DNA of 64,000 nucleotides from Alphaproteobacteria bacterium (GTDB lineage Bacteria > Pseudomonadota > Alphaproteobacteria > UBA828): NCBI GenBank assembly GCA_965220745.1, contig CBDCQT010000013.1, positions 864,001-928,000 of the forward strand, given 5' to 3'. Positions 39,814 to 48,227 of this stretch are shown piece by piece (positions within the stretch are counted from its first letter, which is position 1; every line of letters starts with the position of its first letter). Made by a program: the position numbers and the translations under genes. The notes under the pieces were generated by a model that was not told where the DNA came from, ran no database searches, and saw only the letters and a list, made by a program, of their open reading frames with translations.

Positions 39814-40932
39814 ATGAGAATCGCCGCCATCGAGATCACGCGTCACCGCATTCCGCTCGACCCGCCGGTGCCGGTCTCGTGGGACAGCAGGTCGCGCGAG
39901 AGCTTCACCATCAACCTCGTTCGCGTGCGCACCGACCAGGGACTTGAAGGCGTCGCGGCGGGCGATTCGATGGGTGGGTTCGACGAGCACGCCGACCTGT
40001 TTCTCGGCCGCGACCCGCGCGATATCGAGCGCCATCACGCGGTGCTCGACAATCTCTGCTTCCACTACGGGCGCTGGTGGCCGCTCGACCTAGCGCTCTG
40101 GGACCTGCGCGGCAAGATCGAGAATGAGCCGGTGTTTCGCCTGCTGGGCGGCACCGACAACCGTGTGCGAGCCTATGCCTCGACGGCGCTCTGGCGCGAC
40201 GAGGCCGCGAGCCGCGAGACCACGCAAGCGCTCGTCGCCCGTGGCTTCAAGGCAATCAAGCTGCGCTTCTCCACCGACGACCGGCGCCGTGATATGGCGC
40301 GCGCCGCCGCCGTGCGCGACGCCGTCGGCCCCGGCATCGACCTGATGGTCGATTGCAACCAGGCTTGGCGCATGTCCTGGGACACCGCGCCGCCGTGGGA
40401 TCTGGCGACCGCCCGCGAGGTGGCGCATGCGCTGGCCGAGCTCGACGTCTACTGGGTGGAGGAGCCGCTGCATCGGGGCGATTACGCCGGCATGGCGGCG
40501 CTGCGGGCCGAGACTGGAGTGAGGATCGCGGGCGGCGAAGTGACCCGCGAAGCCCACGAGTTCCGCACCTTGATCGAGCGCGGCTGCCTCGACGTGCTGC
40601 AGCCGGACTGTGTCTTCGTTGGCGGCATCACGGGATGCGCGCGCATCGCCGCGGCGTCACATGAGGCTGGCCTGATGTTCACGCCGCACACCTGGGGGAG
40701 CGGCCTGGGCCTGCTGGCCAACGCCCAGCTGACGGTCGGCGTCGGCGGTGCGCCCTACCTGGAGTTCCCCTTCGATCCGCCGGACTGGGTGCCGACACGG
40801 CGCGACTTCGGCCTCAAGGAGCCGATCGAGGTCGACGACGAGGGGTGGCTTGCGCTGCCGGATCGCCCAGGCCTCGGCGCCACACTCGACGAAAACGTGC
40901 TGCGTGACACTCTGATTGACGGGGCGGGATGA
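39814..40932 (+). CDS. Mandelate racemase / muconate lactonizing enzyme family protein
   Basis: DLALWDLRGK, MVDCN, WVEEP, AGGE, DVLQPD, PGLG. Confidence 0.9.
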   Translation: MRIAAIEITRHRIPLDPPVPVSWDSRSRESFTINLVRVRTDQGLEGVAAGDSMGGFDEHADLFLGRDPRDIERHHAVLDNLCFHYGRWWPLDLALWDLRGKIENEPVFRLLGGTDNRVRAYASTALWRDEAASRETTQALVARGFKAIKLRFSTDDRRRDMARAAAVRDAVGPGIDLMVDCNQAWRMSWDTAPPWDLATAREVAHALAELDVYWVEEPLHRGDYAGMAALRAETGVRIAGGEVTREAHEFRTLIERGCLDVLQPDCVFVGGITGCARIAAASHEAGLMFTPHTWGSGLGLLANAQLTVGVGGAPYLEFPFDPPDWVPTRRDFGLKEPIEVDDEGWLALPDRPGLGATLDENVLRDTLIDGAG

Positions 40933-40992
40933 CACAGGTGCCCGCAGCCTCCATGATCCGCGTCCCAAGCCACGACTGCCGAGGAGTTGCCG

Positions 40993-42396
40993 GTGACCGA
41001 TGATCTTTGCTTCACGCCCGCCACCGAACTCAGCCCCCTGATCCGGCGCAAGGAGCTCTCGCCGGTCGAGCTGATCGACGCGGTGCTGGCTCGCATCGAG
41101 GCTTGCGAGCCCCGCGTCAACGCCTTCGCAACGCTGACCGCGGAGCGGGCGCGGGAGGCCGCAAAGCGCGCGGAGGCTGCGTTGATGAAGGGCGATGCCT
41201 CGGGCGCGCTCTTCGGCCTGCCCGTCACCATCAAGGATCTGACCGAGACCGCCGGGATCCCCACCGAGCGCGGCTCCCATTCGCTGAAGGACCACGTGCC
41301 GACGGTGGACGCGCCCGTGATTCCGCGGCTGGAGGAGGCCGGCGCCATCATCCTCGGCAAGACCACCACGTCGGAGTTCGGCTGGTCCGGCGTGAGCAAC
41401 AGCCCGCTCACCGGCATCACCTCGAACCCGTGGAAGGAGGGCTACAACGCGGGCGCCTCCTCGGCCGGCGCCGGGGCGGCTGCGGCGGCGGGCTACGGGC
41501 CGCTGCACCAGGGCTCGGACGGCGCCGGCTCGATCCGTATGCCCTCGCACTTCAGCGGCATCTTCGGCCTGAAGCCCACGTATGGGCGCGTACCCAACTG
41601 GCCGGTGCCGAACAACGATCAGGTCTCCCACGTGGGACCCATGACCCGCACGGTGGGCGACGCCGCGCTGATGCTGCAGGCGATGGCAGGCCCGCACCCG
41701 TGGGATCACACCAGCCTGGAGGCCCCGCCCGCCGACTATCCGGCGAGGCTCGACGACGGGATCGCAGGGCTCAAGGTCGCCTTCAGCCCGGACCTCGGGC
41801 ACGCCCGCGTCGATCCGGACGTGGCGGCGCTGGTGCAGAGCGCGGCCGAGGCGTTCGACGCGCTGGGCTGCACCGTGGAGAGCCCGGCGCTGCCCTTCGG
41901 CCCGGAGGGGCCCGAGATCATTCGCCTGCTCTGGCCGATCCATCTCCACGCCTACCGCCCGCTGCTCGACGAGTTCGAGGACCGCATGGACCCCGGCTTG
42001 GTCGCCTGCATCCGCGCGGCTGACGGGGTGACGGGTGCGACCTATCTGGAGACGCGGGCGCGCAAGTTAGCCTATGCGGAGGCGGTGCATCGCTTCTTCG
42101 AGGAGTGGGACCTGCTGCTCACGCCGGCCGTCTCCGTGGCGGCGTTCCCGGCCGAGCGGCTGCAGCCCGAGCACTGGCCGTCCCATCCGTGGGACTGGAT
42201 CATGTGGGCCGAGTTCTCCTACCCCTTCAACTTCAGTCAGAACCCCGCGGCGTCCGTGCCCTGCGGCTTCACCGATGCGGGGCTCCCGGTCGGCCTGCAG
42301 ATCGTAGGCAAGCGCTTCACCGATCTGACCGTGCTCCAGGCAGCCCGCGCCTTCGAGCAGGCGCGCCCGTGGGCGGACAAGCGGCCGGCGTTGTGA
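40993..42396 (+). CDS. Amidase signature family protein
   Basis: GLPVTIKD, GASSAG, GSDGAGSIR (Ser-cisSer-Lys triad); GTG after GAGGAG RBS. Confidence 0.92.
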   Translation: MTDDLCFTPATELSPLIRRKELSPVELIDAVLARIEACEPRVNAFATLTAERAREAAKRAEAALMKGDASGALFGLPVTIKDLTETAGIPTERGSHSLKDHVPTVDAPVIPRLEEAGAIILGKTTTSEFGWSGVSNSPLTGITSNPWKEGYNAGASSAGAGAAAAAGYGPLHQGSDGAGSIRMPSHFSGIFGLKPTYGRVPNWPVPNNDQVSHVGPMTRTVGDAALMLQAMAGPHPWDHTSLEAPPADYPARLDDGIAGLKVAFSPDLGHARVDPDVAALVQSAAEAFDALGCTVESPALPFGPEGPEIIRLLWPIHLHAYRPLLDEFEDRMDPGLVACIRAADGVTGATYLETRARKLAYAEAVHRFFEEWDLLLTPAVSVAAFPAERLQPEHWPSHPWDWIMWAEFSYPFNFSQNPAASVPCGFTDAGLPVGLQIVGKRFTDLTVLQAARAFEQARPWADKRPAL

Positions 42397-42443
42397 CCGG
42401 CGGTAGGCATTGCAGCTAACACACAAGGAGATTGCGGCACTGC

Positions 42444-42473
42444 TTGCCGGCTCCCGGCGCCTGACGCTATAAG
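42444..42473 (+). promoter_or_regulatory. Possible sigma70 promoter of tRNA-Pro
   Basis: TTGCCG about 17-18 nt before (C)TATAAG, followed by a GC-rich discriminator. Confidence 0.35.
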
Positions 42474-42520
42474 GGGCGCGCGCGAGGGCCGGCATTGCAT
42501 CGCCTGCGCGCACCCTCGGT

Positions 42521-42597
42521 CGGAGTGTAGCTCAGCTTGGTAGAGCACCGTCTTCGGGAGGCGGGGGTCGGTGGTTCAAATCCACTCACTCCGACCA
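42521..42597 (+). tRNA. tRNA-Pro(CGG)
   Basis: CGGAGTG acceptor paired with CACTCCG, D-arm AGCTCAGCTTGGTAGAGC, anticodon arm CCGTC-TTCGGGA-GGCGG, T-loop GGTTCAAATCC, encoded CCA. Confidence 0.97.
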
Positions 42598-42863
42598 ATC
42601 CTTTCAAGCACTTAGCCGCCTCCCGACCATCCCCGAAATCCGCTATTTCCGTGCATTTGTGCGGAAACGCCCCGAATCGAACTTCTGTCGGTCGCCAGGG
42701 CGCGCGCCGGTGCGTCGTGGGAGCGCCGGCGATACCTGCCCGCGCGATCTCCTGTCGCGCGGTGCTCGGCTTGGAAGAGGGCGCGGGCTTGCTCTAGACT
42801 GACCGGCAGAGGGAGTTGGCCGGCTCGCCGCCGGGCGGCGGGTCGGAACAGGGGAGAGACTGG

Positions 42864-43727
42864 ATGAAACCGCCACCGTTCGACTACTGCTGTCCGGATT
42901 CCCTGGACGAGGCGCTGGCGCTGCTTGCAGAGCACGGCGAGGAGGCCAAGGTGATCGCGGGCGGCCAGAGCCTGGTGCCGATGCTGAACCTGCGGGCGCT
43001 GCATCCGGGCGTGCTGATCGACATCAACCGGCTGCCAGGTCTCGACTACATCAACCTGGAGAATGGGCAGCTCAGGGTTGGCGCGCTGGCGCGGCACAAG
43101 GCAGTGCTGGGCTCGGCGGCCGTGCAGGAAGCTTCGCCGCTGATGGCTCTGGCCTACCCCTATGTCTCCCACGGGCCGATCCGCAACCGCGGCACGCTCT
43201 GCGGCAATCTCTGCCACAACGACCCGGCGTCGGAGATGCCGGCGGTGGCGCTCGCGAGCGATGCGGAGATGGTGCTGCAGAGCACGGGAGGCACGCGCAC
43301 CGTCGGCGCGGCTGACTTCTTCACCGGCACGCTCTCCACAGCGGCGGAGGCCAACGAGCTCCTGGTCGAGGTCCGCGTGCCCCGCGCGCCGGCCGGCCAG
43401 GGCGCGGGCTTTCACGAGGTGAGTCCTCGCAAGGGCGACTTCGCCTACGTGGCCGTGGGCGCGACGCTGCAAGTAGCGGACGGCGTCTGTACCGGCGCGC
43501 GGATCGTCTGCGCCGGCGTGGGCGACGGGCCGCACCGGGCGCACGCCGCCGAGGATGCGCTCACGGGCGCAGCACCCGGAGACGATGCCTTCCGCCAGGC
43601 GGCTGCGGCGGCGGCCGACAGCATCGACCCCAACGAAGACTTTCACGCGGACGCGGACTATCGTCGCGATCTGGTGCGCAGCCTGACCCGGCGCGCCCTC
43701 GCCGACGCCGCCTCCCGCTGCAACTGA
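42864..43727 (+). CDS. Molybdenum hydroxylase set 1, FAD-binding medium subunit (CoxM/CutM family)
   Basis: MKPPPFDY, AGGQSL.PMLN.R, IRNRGT.CGN. Confidence 0.92.
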   Translation: MKPPPFDYCCPDSLDEALALLAEHGEEAKVIAGGQSLVPMLNLRALHPGVLIDINRLPGLDYINLENGQLRVGALARHKAVLGSAAVQEASPLMALAYPYVSHGPIRNRGTLCGNLCHNDPASEMPAVALASDAEMVLQSTGGTRTVGAADFFTGTLSTAAEANELLVEVRVPRAPAGQGAGFHEVSPRKGDFAYVAVGATLQVADGVCTGARIVCAGVGDGPHRAHAAEDALTGAAPGDDAFRQAAAAAADSIDPNEDFHADADYRRDLVRSLTRRALADAASRCN

Positions 43728-43739
43728 AGGGAGGTGGAG

Positions 43740-44225
43740 ATGACGACGCCACGCACCGTCGAGCTTGTCGTCAACGGCGAGAGCCGCGCCGGCGACGCCG
43801 AGCCGCGCATGCTGCTGAGCGACTTCCTGCGCGAGCAGCTCGGGCTCACCGGCACTCACGTGGGATGCGAGCACGGGGTCTGCGGCGCCTGCACCGTGCT
43901 GGTCAACGGCGAGGCCGCGCGCTCCTGCCTGATGCTCGCCGTCCAGGCGGAGGGCGCGGAAGTCCGCACCATCGAGGGCCTCGGCGGTGTCGACGACATG
44001 CACCCGCTGCAGGAGGCCTTCTGGGAGAAGCACGGCCTGCAATGCGGCTTCTGTACCCCCGGAATGCTCATGACGGCGGTCGAGCTGCTGGAGAGCACGC
44101 CCAACCCGAGCCTCGACGACATCCGCGAGGCGATCTCGAGCAATCTTTGCCGTTGTACTGGATATCAGACCATCGTCGAGGCGGTGCAGGCCGCGGCCGA
44201 ACGGATGCAGGGAGAGGCGCAATGA
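43740..44225 (+). CDS. Molybdenum hydroxylase set 1, 2Fe-2S small subunit (CoxS family)
   Basis: [27 protein letters not shown]. Confidence 0.95.
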   Translation: MTTPRTVELVVNGESRAGDAEPRMLLSDFLREQLGLTGTHVGCEHGVCGACTVLVNGEAARSCLMLAVQAEGAEVRTIEGLGGVDDMHPLQEAFWEKHGLQCGFCTPGMLMTAVELLESTPNPSLDDIREAISSNLCRCTGYQTIVEAVQAAAERMQGEAQ

Positions 44226-46693
44226 CCCGCGAACGCCACTACATCCCCGAATCGCGCCAGCGCGAGAAGCCCAAGTCCAAGTACTTCGCCATCGGGCATA
44301 GCATGAAGCGGGTGGAGGACACCCGCCTGCTCACAGGCTCCGGCACCTATGCCGACGACGTGACGCTGCCCAACATGGCGCATGCGGCGGTGTTGCGCAG
44401 CCCCCACGCGCACGCCCGCATCGTGAGCATCGACAAGGCCAAGGCCGAGGCGTTGCCCGGCGTGCTCTGCGTCATGACCGGCGCCGAGGCGGCGGAGGTG
44501 ACGGGGCCCTGCGCGGATTTCTCCAGCCCGCCCACGACGCAGCACTGCATCGCCGTGGACAAGGTGCGCCACGTAGGCGAGGCGGTCGCCGCCGTGGTAG
44601 CGGAGAGCCGCTACATCGCCGAGGACGCCTGCGAGCTGATCGAGGTAGAGTACGATCCGCTGCCTGCGGTGGTCGACCTCGAAGAGGCGGTGACCTCCAC
44701 TGGCGATGCCGTGCTCCATCCCGAGCGGGGCGACACCAACGTGGCACACCACCGCGTCATCGACTTCGGCACGGTGGACGAGGATTTCGCCGCCGCCGAT
44801 CTGGTGATCGAGCGCAGGCTGCGCTGGCCGCGCTCCGGCGGCACGCCCATCGAGACCGTCGGCGCCACCGCGCATTACGACCGCGGCACGGGCAAGTTCA
44901 CGATCCATGCCAACACGTCGATGTACAACTATGTCGGCTGGCTGATCGCGGTCTCGCTCAAGGTCGAGCCCCACCGGCTCAACATCGTGCCGACGGATGC
45001 CGGCGGCAGCTTCGGCAGCAAGCTCTTCTGCCACAAGGTCTGCACCCTGGCGGGCACGCTCGCCCGCGCCGCGGGCCGGCCGGTCAAGTATCTGGAAGAC
45101 CGCATCGACAACATGACCAGCGGCGACGCCCACGGGTCGGACCGCGTCTACGACGCCCAGCTCGCGCTGAAGCGCGACGGCACCATGCTGAGCATGCGGC
45201 TCAAGGTGATCGACGATTACGGCGCCTACTTCCAGTACGGCGTCGGCCAGCACGGCAACGCCATGGCGCAGGTAACCGGCCCCTACAAGATCAACAGCGT
45301 CCAGGTCGATCTCACCGCCGTGTTCACGAACAAGTGCCAGCAGGGGGCCTATCGCGGCTTCGGCTCTGAGGTCGGCAACTTCGTGATCGAGCGCCTGGTC
45401 GATGCCGCTTGCGAAGAGCTCGACATCGACCCCATCGAGATGCGCCGGCAGAACCTGATCGAGCAGGACCAGTTCCCCTACATCATGCCGACCGGCAACA
45501 TGTACGACAGCGGCAACTACCAGGCCGTGCTCGACGAGGCGCTCGGCATGATCGACATTGACGGCTGGCGGGCGAAGCAGGCCGAGGCGCGCAAGGAGGG
45601 CCGCTACATCGGCATCGGCATCTCCACCTGCCAGGAGCGGAGCGTCTTCAGCGCCACCGAGTTCTGGATGTGGAACCCGAACGAGACCCCGGGCTTCACG
45701 CTCTCGAGCTCGCCGGAGAGTGTGTCCGTCAACATCGACCCCACCGGCAAGGCTTTCATCACGCTGAACGCGCCCTTCTGGGGCAACAGTCCGGAGACGA
45801 TGGCGGTCCAGGTGCTGGCCGAGAAGCTGGAGATGGACCCGTCGGACATCTCCGTCGGCTATGCCGATTCCGACAAGGGCTTCAACTCGTCGGGGCCGGG
45901 CGGCAGCCGCTTCACCGTGATGATCGCAGGCGCGGTGAGCGGCGCCGCCGACGTGATCAAGGAGAAGATGCTGCGCGTCGCGAGCCATATGCTGGAGGCT
46001 GACCCGAGCGATCTCGAATTCCGCAACGGCTCCATCGGGGTCCAGGGCGTGCCCGGCAAGGAGAAGACCCTGGCCGAGGTGGCGCTCCACGCTCACTACT
46101 TCAGGTTGGACCTGCCGGAGGACCACGACCTCACCAGCGGCATCGACGCGGCCTACGTCTACGACCATCCGGTCACCACCATGCCGTCGGAGGACCGCAC
46201 CGACCTCGGCATCTTCTATCCGATCGTCGGCCACATGTGTCACATCCCGGTGGTGGAGGTGGATGCCGAGACCGGCAAGGTCGATTTTCTCGACTACGTG
46301 GCGGTCCACGACTGCGGCACCATGGTCAACCCGATGACGCTGGCCGGCCACGTGCGGGGCGGCACCGTGAACGGCATCGGCAGTGCCCTCTACGAGCACT
46401 TCCACTATGACGAGAACGGCCAGCTGCAGAACGCGCTCTTGAGCGACTATCTGCACCCGACGCTGATGGAGACGCCGGTCGATATCCGCGTGGGCCACGT
46501 GGAGACGCCGTCCCCCTTCACCGAATACGGCATCAAGGGCGGCGGCGAGGGCGGGCGCATGGGCGCCCCGCCCGCCATCGCCGCGGCGGTGGAAGACGCG
46601 CTCAAGCCCTTGGGCGTCAAGGTGGACTCGCTCCCGCTCACGCCCAAGGTGCTACGCGGCATGATCCGCGAGGCGGAGGCGAACGGGGGCTGA
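44222..46693 (+). CDS. Molybdenum hydroxylase set 1, molybdopterin-binding large subunit (XDH/CoxL family, AYRGFG type)
   Basis: RSPHAHA, GGSFGSK, AYRGFG, KGGGEG; ATGA-coupled to the small subunit. Confidence 0.92.
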   Translation: MTRERHYIPESRQREKPKSKYFAIGHSMKRVEDTRLLTGSGTYADDVTLPNMAHAAVLRSPHAHARIVSIDKAKAEALPGVLCVMTGAEAAEVTGPCADFSSPPTTQHCIAVDKVRHVGEAVAAVVAESRYIAEDACELIEVEYDPLPAVVDLEEAVTSTGDAVLHPERGDTNVAHHRVIDFGTVDEDFAAADLVIERRLRWPRSGGTPIETVGATAHYDRGTGKFTIHANTSMYNYVGWLIAVSLKVEPHRLNIVPTDAGGSFGSKLFCHKVCTLAGTLARAAGRPVKYLEDRIDNMTSGDAHGSDRVYDAQLALKRDGTMLSMRLKVIDDYGAYFQYGVGQHGNAMAQVTGPYKINSVQVDLTAVFTNKCQQGAYRGFGSEVGNFVIERLVDAACEELDIDPIEMRRQNLIEQDQFPYIMPTGNMYDSGNYQAVLDEALGMIDIDGWRAKQAEARKEGRYIGIGISTCQERSVFSATEFWMWNPNETPGFTLSSSPESVSVNIDPTGKAFITLNAPFWGNSPETMAVQVLAEKLEMDPSDISVGYADSDKGFNSSGPGGSRFTVMIAGAVSGAADVIKEKMLRVASHMLEADPSDLEFRNGSIGVQGVPGKEKTLAEVALHAHYFRLDLPEDHDLTSGIDAAYVYDHPVTTMPSEDRTDLGIFYPIVGHMCHIPVVEVDAETGKVDFLDYVAVHDCGTMVNPMTLAGHVRGGTVNGIGSALYEHFHYDENGQLQNALLSDYLHPTLMETPVDIRVGHVETPSPFTEYGIKGGGEGGRMGAPPAIAAAVEDALKPLGVKVDSLPLTPKVLRGMIREAEANGG
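45624..45677 (+). repeat. 54-nt exact repeat shared by the two paralogous large-subunit genes (copy 1)
   Basis: CCACCTGCCAGGAGCGGAGCGTCTTCAGCGCCACCGAGTTCTGGATGTGGAACC identical to 54660-54713. Confidence 0.85.
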
Positions 46694-46907
46694 CGTAGCC
46701 TCCGCATCTAGCCTTTTCGGCGGCTGTCGTCAGGGGTCGCCGACGCTCCATCGCTTTTACCGGGCAACTAGTCCGAAGGAAACCTGTTCTGAGACGGTAA
46801 TCGCCTCACAGTTTGGCCGGCGCCGGCGCGCGACCATCAGGAATCGTGTACGCCGGCTCGACTTCGAGCAACCTGTGCCAATGCAATTCTACCTCTTCCA
46901 CCCTACT

Positions 46908-48047
46908 CTATTCGCTTCCTCTGCTCACTTCTTCCTTCGCATTGCGCGCGTACTCCATGAATTCTTTGGTAAGAGACCCTCTCTTGCGATCCAATTCATG
47001 CAACGCATCTAAAAGGCCGACAGTTGCACGAAACACAGATTTTATCATTTCTACTCTAGCATCATAACTGCTCGTAGTTGATACGTCTAAGTCATCAATG
47101 ACCCTTCTTAGACAGTTTATCCATCGCTCTTTATCGACGTCGTTCGATGAGAGCAACTCTCCAAAATTGCCGAAACCAATCACTTCAAACCTCCTACTTC
47201 CATCTCTTATTTCCGTAATTATTAAGTCTCCTACAGCAGATTGAAAATCGCGATATATCCAAGCTTCTCTGATGGAAACGGCTCGAATTGCCTCCTCACA
47301 CTTTTCTCCTATTTCGTTGTCCTTTAGAGCCTTTTCTGACAGCTTTTCTTCGAATACCGCGTGCAACTCGCGGCACAGCTTTAGTCTCTGCGTGATATCA
47401 TCTATCTTCTCAGCCGTTGTTACCTTACTCCCGTGCAAATACTTCTGTAGTACTCTATCGATACTTACACCTATCTCTGATTTAGTGCATTCTTTCAAAT
47501 CGTTATTGTTTATGGATTGTATCCCCCACACGGAAGCAAGAGCATCAACTCTTTGAGTCTCCACATGAGCGCCATCCGCGAGAGCCCTTTCAAACTCCTG
47601 AATGGCTTCCACCCAGCCTCTTAGTTTCTTGGGATTGCTAAGTGAGAAAAAGGTAAGCTCCCTATGGTATGCTCGAAGCCAGCCGATTACAGCGGCTATT
47701 CTATACAATGTGCTATCGTATTTGTACTGGCCGAAGTCTGTGATTCTCTCGCTCTCAATCAGAAATGAACCTCGGCCCTCTTTGCGAAGTATTTCGTCTA
47801 GGCGCCAAAACAAGCTAGAAGAGGCCAATATTATAGGGTCCGCGTAATGGCGGTAAATTACGAGAGCATTCTTTCGTCTTCGACGTTCGTCTTGCCATAC
47901 AAACAGAGGAACTTCCTTCAGGATAAGTAGAATAAGCGCAAAGAAGGATGTAACCAGAGCGGCCAATACTGCCGCATCCGGTAAGGCGAATTGGCTAGCC
48001 ATGAGTTGGAGTTCTCCGTTTGCGGTAGATGTTGGAGACTGAGCCAT
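46908..48047 (-). CDS. Hypothetical protein with N-terminal membrane anchor, low GC, probably horizontally acquired
   Basis: 379-aa ORF in an AT-rich segment (21/60 and 27/60 G+C in the lines starting 47041 and 47281); hydrophobic AAVLAALVTSFFALILLIL followed by a basic RRRRK; start may be 48002. Confidence 0.85.
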   Translation of the reverse strand: MAQSPTSTANGELQLMASQFALPDAAVLAALVTSFFALILLILKEVPLFVWQDERRRRKNALVIYRHYADPIILASSSLFWRLDEILRKEGRGSFLIESERITDFGQYKYDSTLYRIAAVIGWLRAYHRELTFFSLSNPKKLRGWVEAIQEFERALADGAHVETQRVDALASVWGIQSINNNDLKECTKSEIGVSIDRVLQKYLHGSKVTTAEKIDDITQRLKLCRELHAVFEEKLSEKALKDNEIGEKCEEAIRAVSIREAWIYRDFQSAVGDLIITEIRDGSRRFEVIGFGNFGELLSSNDVDKERWINCLRRVIDDLDVSTTSSYDARVEMIKSVFRATVGLLDALHELDRKRGSLTKEFMEYARNAKEEVSRGSE

Positions 48048-48227
48048 TGGTGAAGTGTTCGGTTAGTGGAGGGAATGACTTGGGTGGAGAGGGGTTGGGA
48101 TCAGAGCGCGTACTTGTCCCTTAGCTCCTGTTGCTACGCTGCGCGGGACTGATATTGTGGAGGACGGTCGGGACACGCAAGTAAAGGATTGCCGCCAAGA
48201 AGAGCGGCGCGCTTGGGGGAGGGGGCC

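Noticed and set aside
42580-42597. Second copy of the tRNA 3' end (att site) marking an active integrative element
   Set aside because: No repeat of CACTCACTCCGACCA and no integrase was found in the window.
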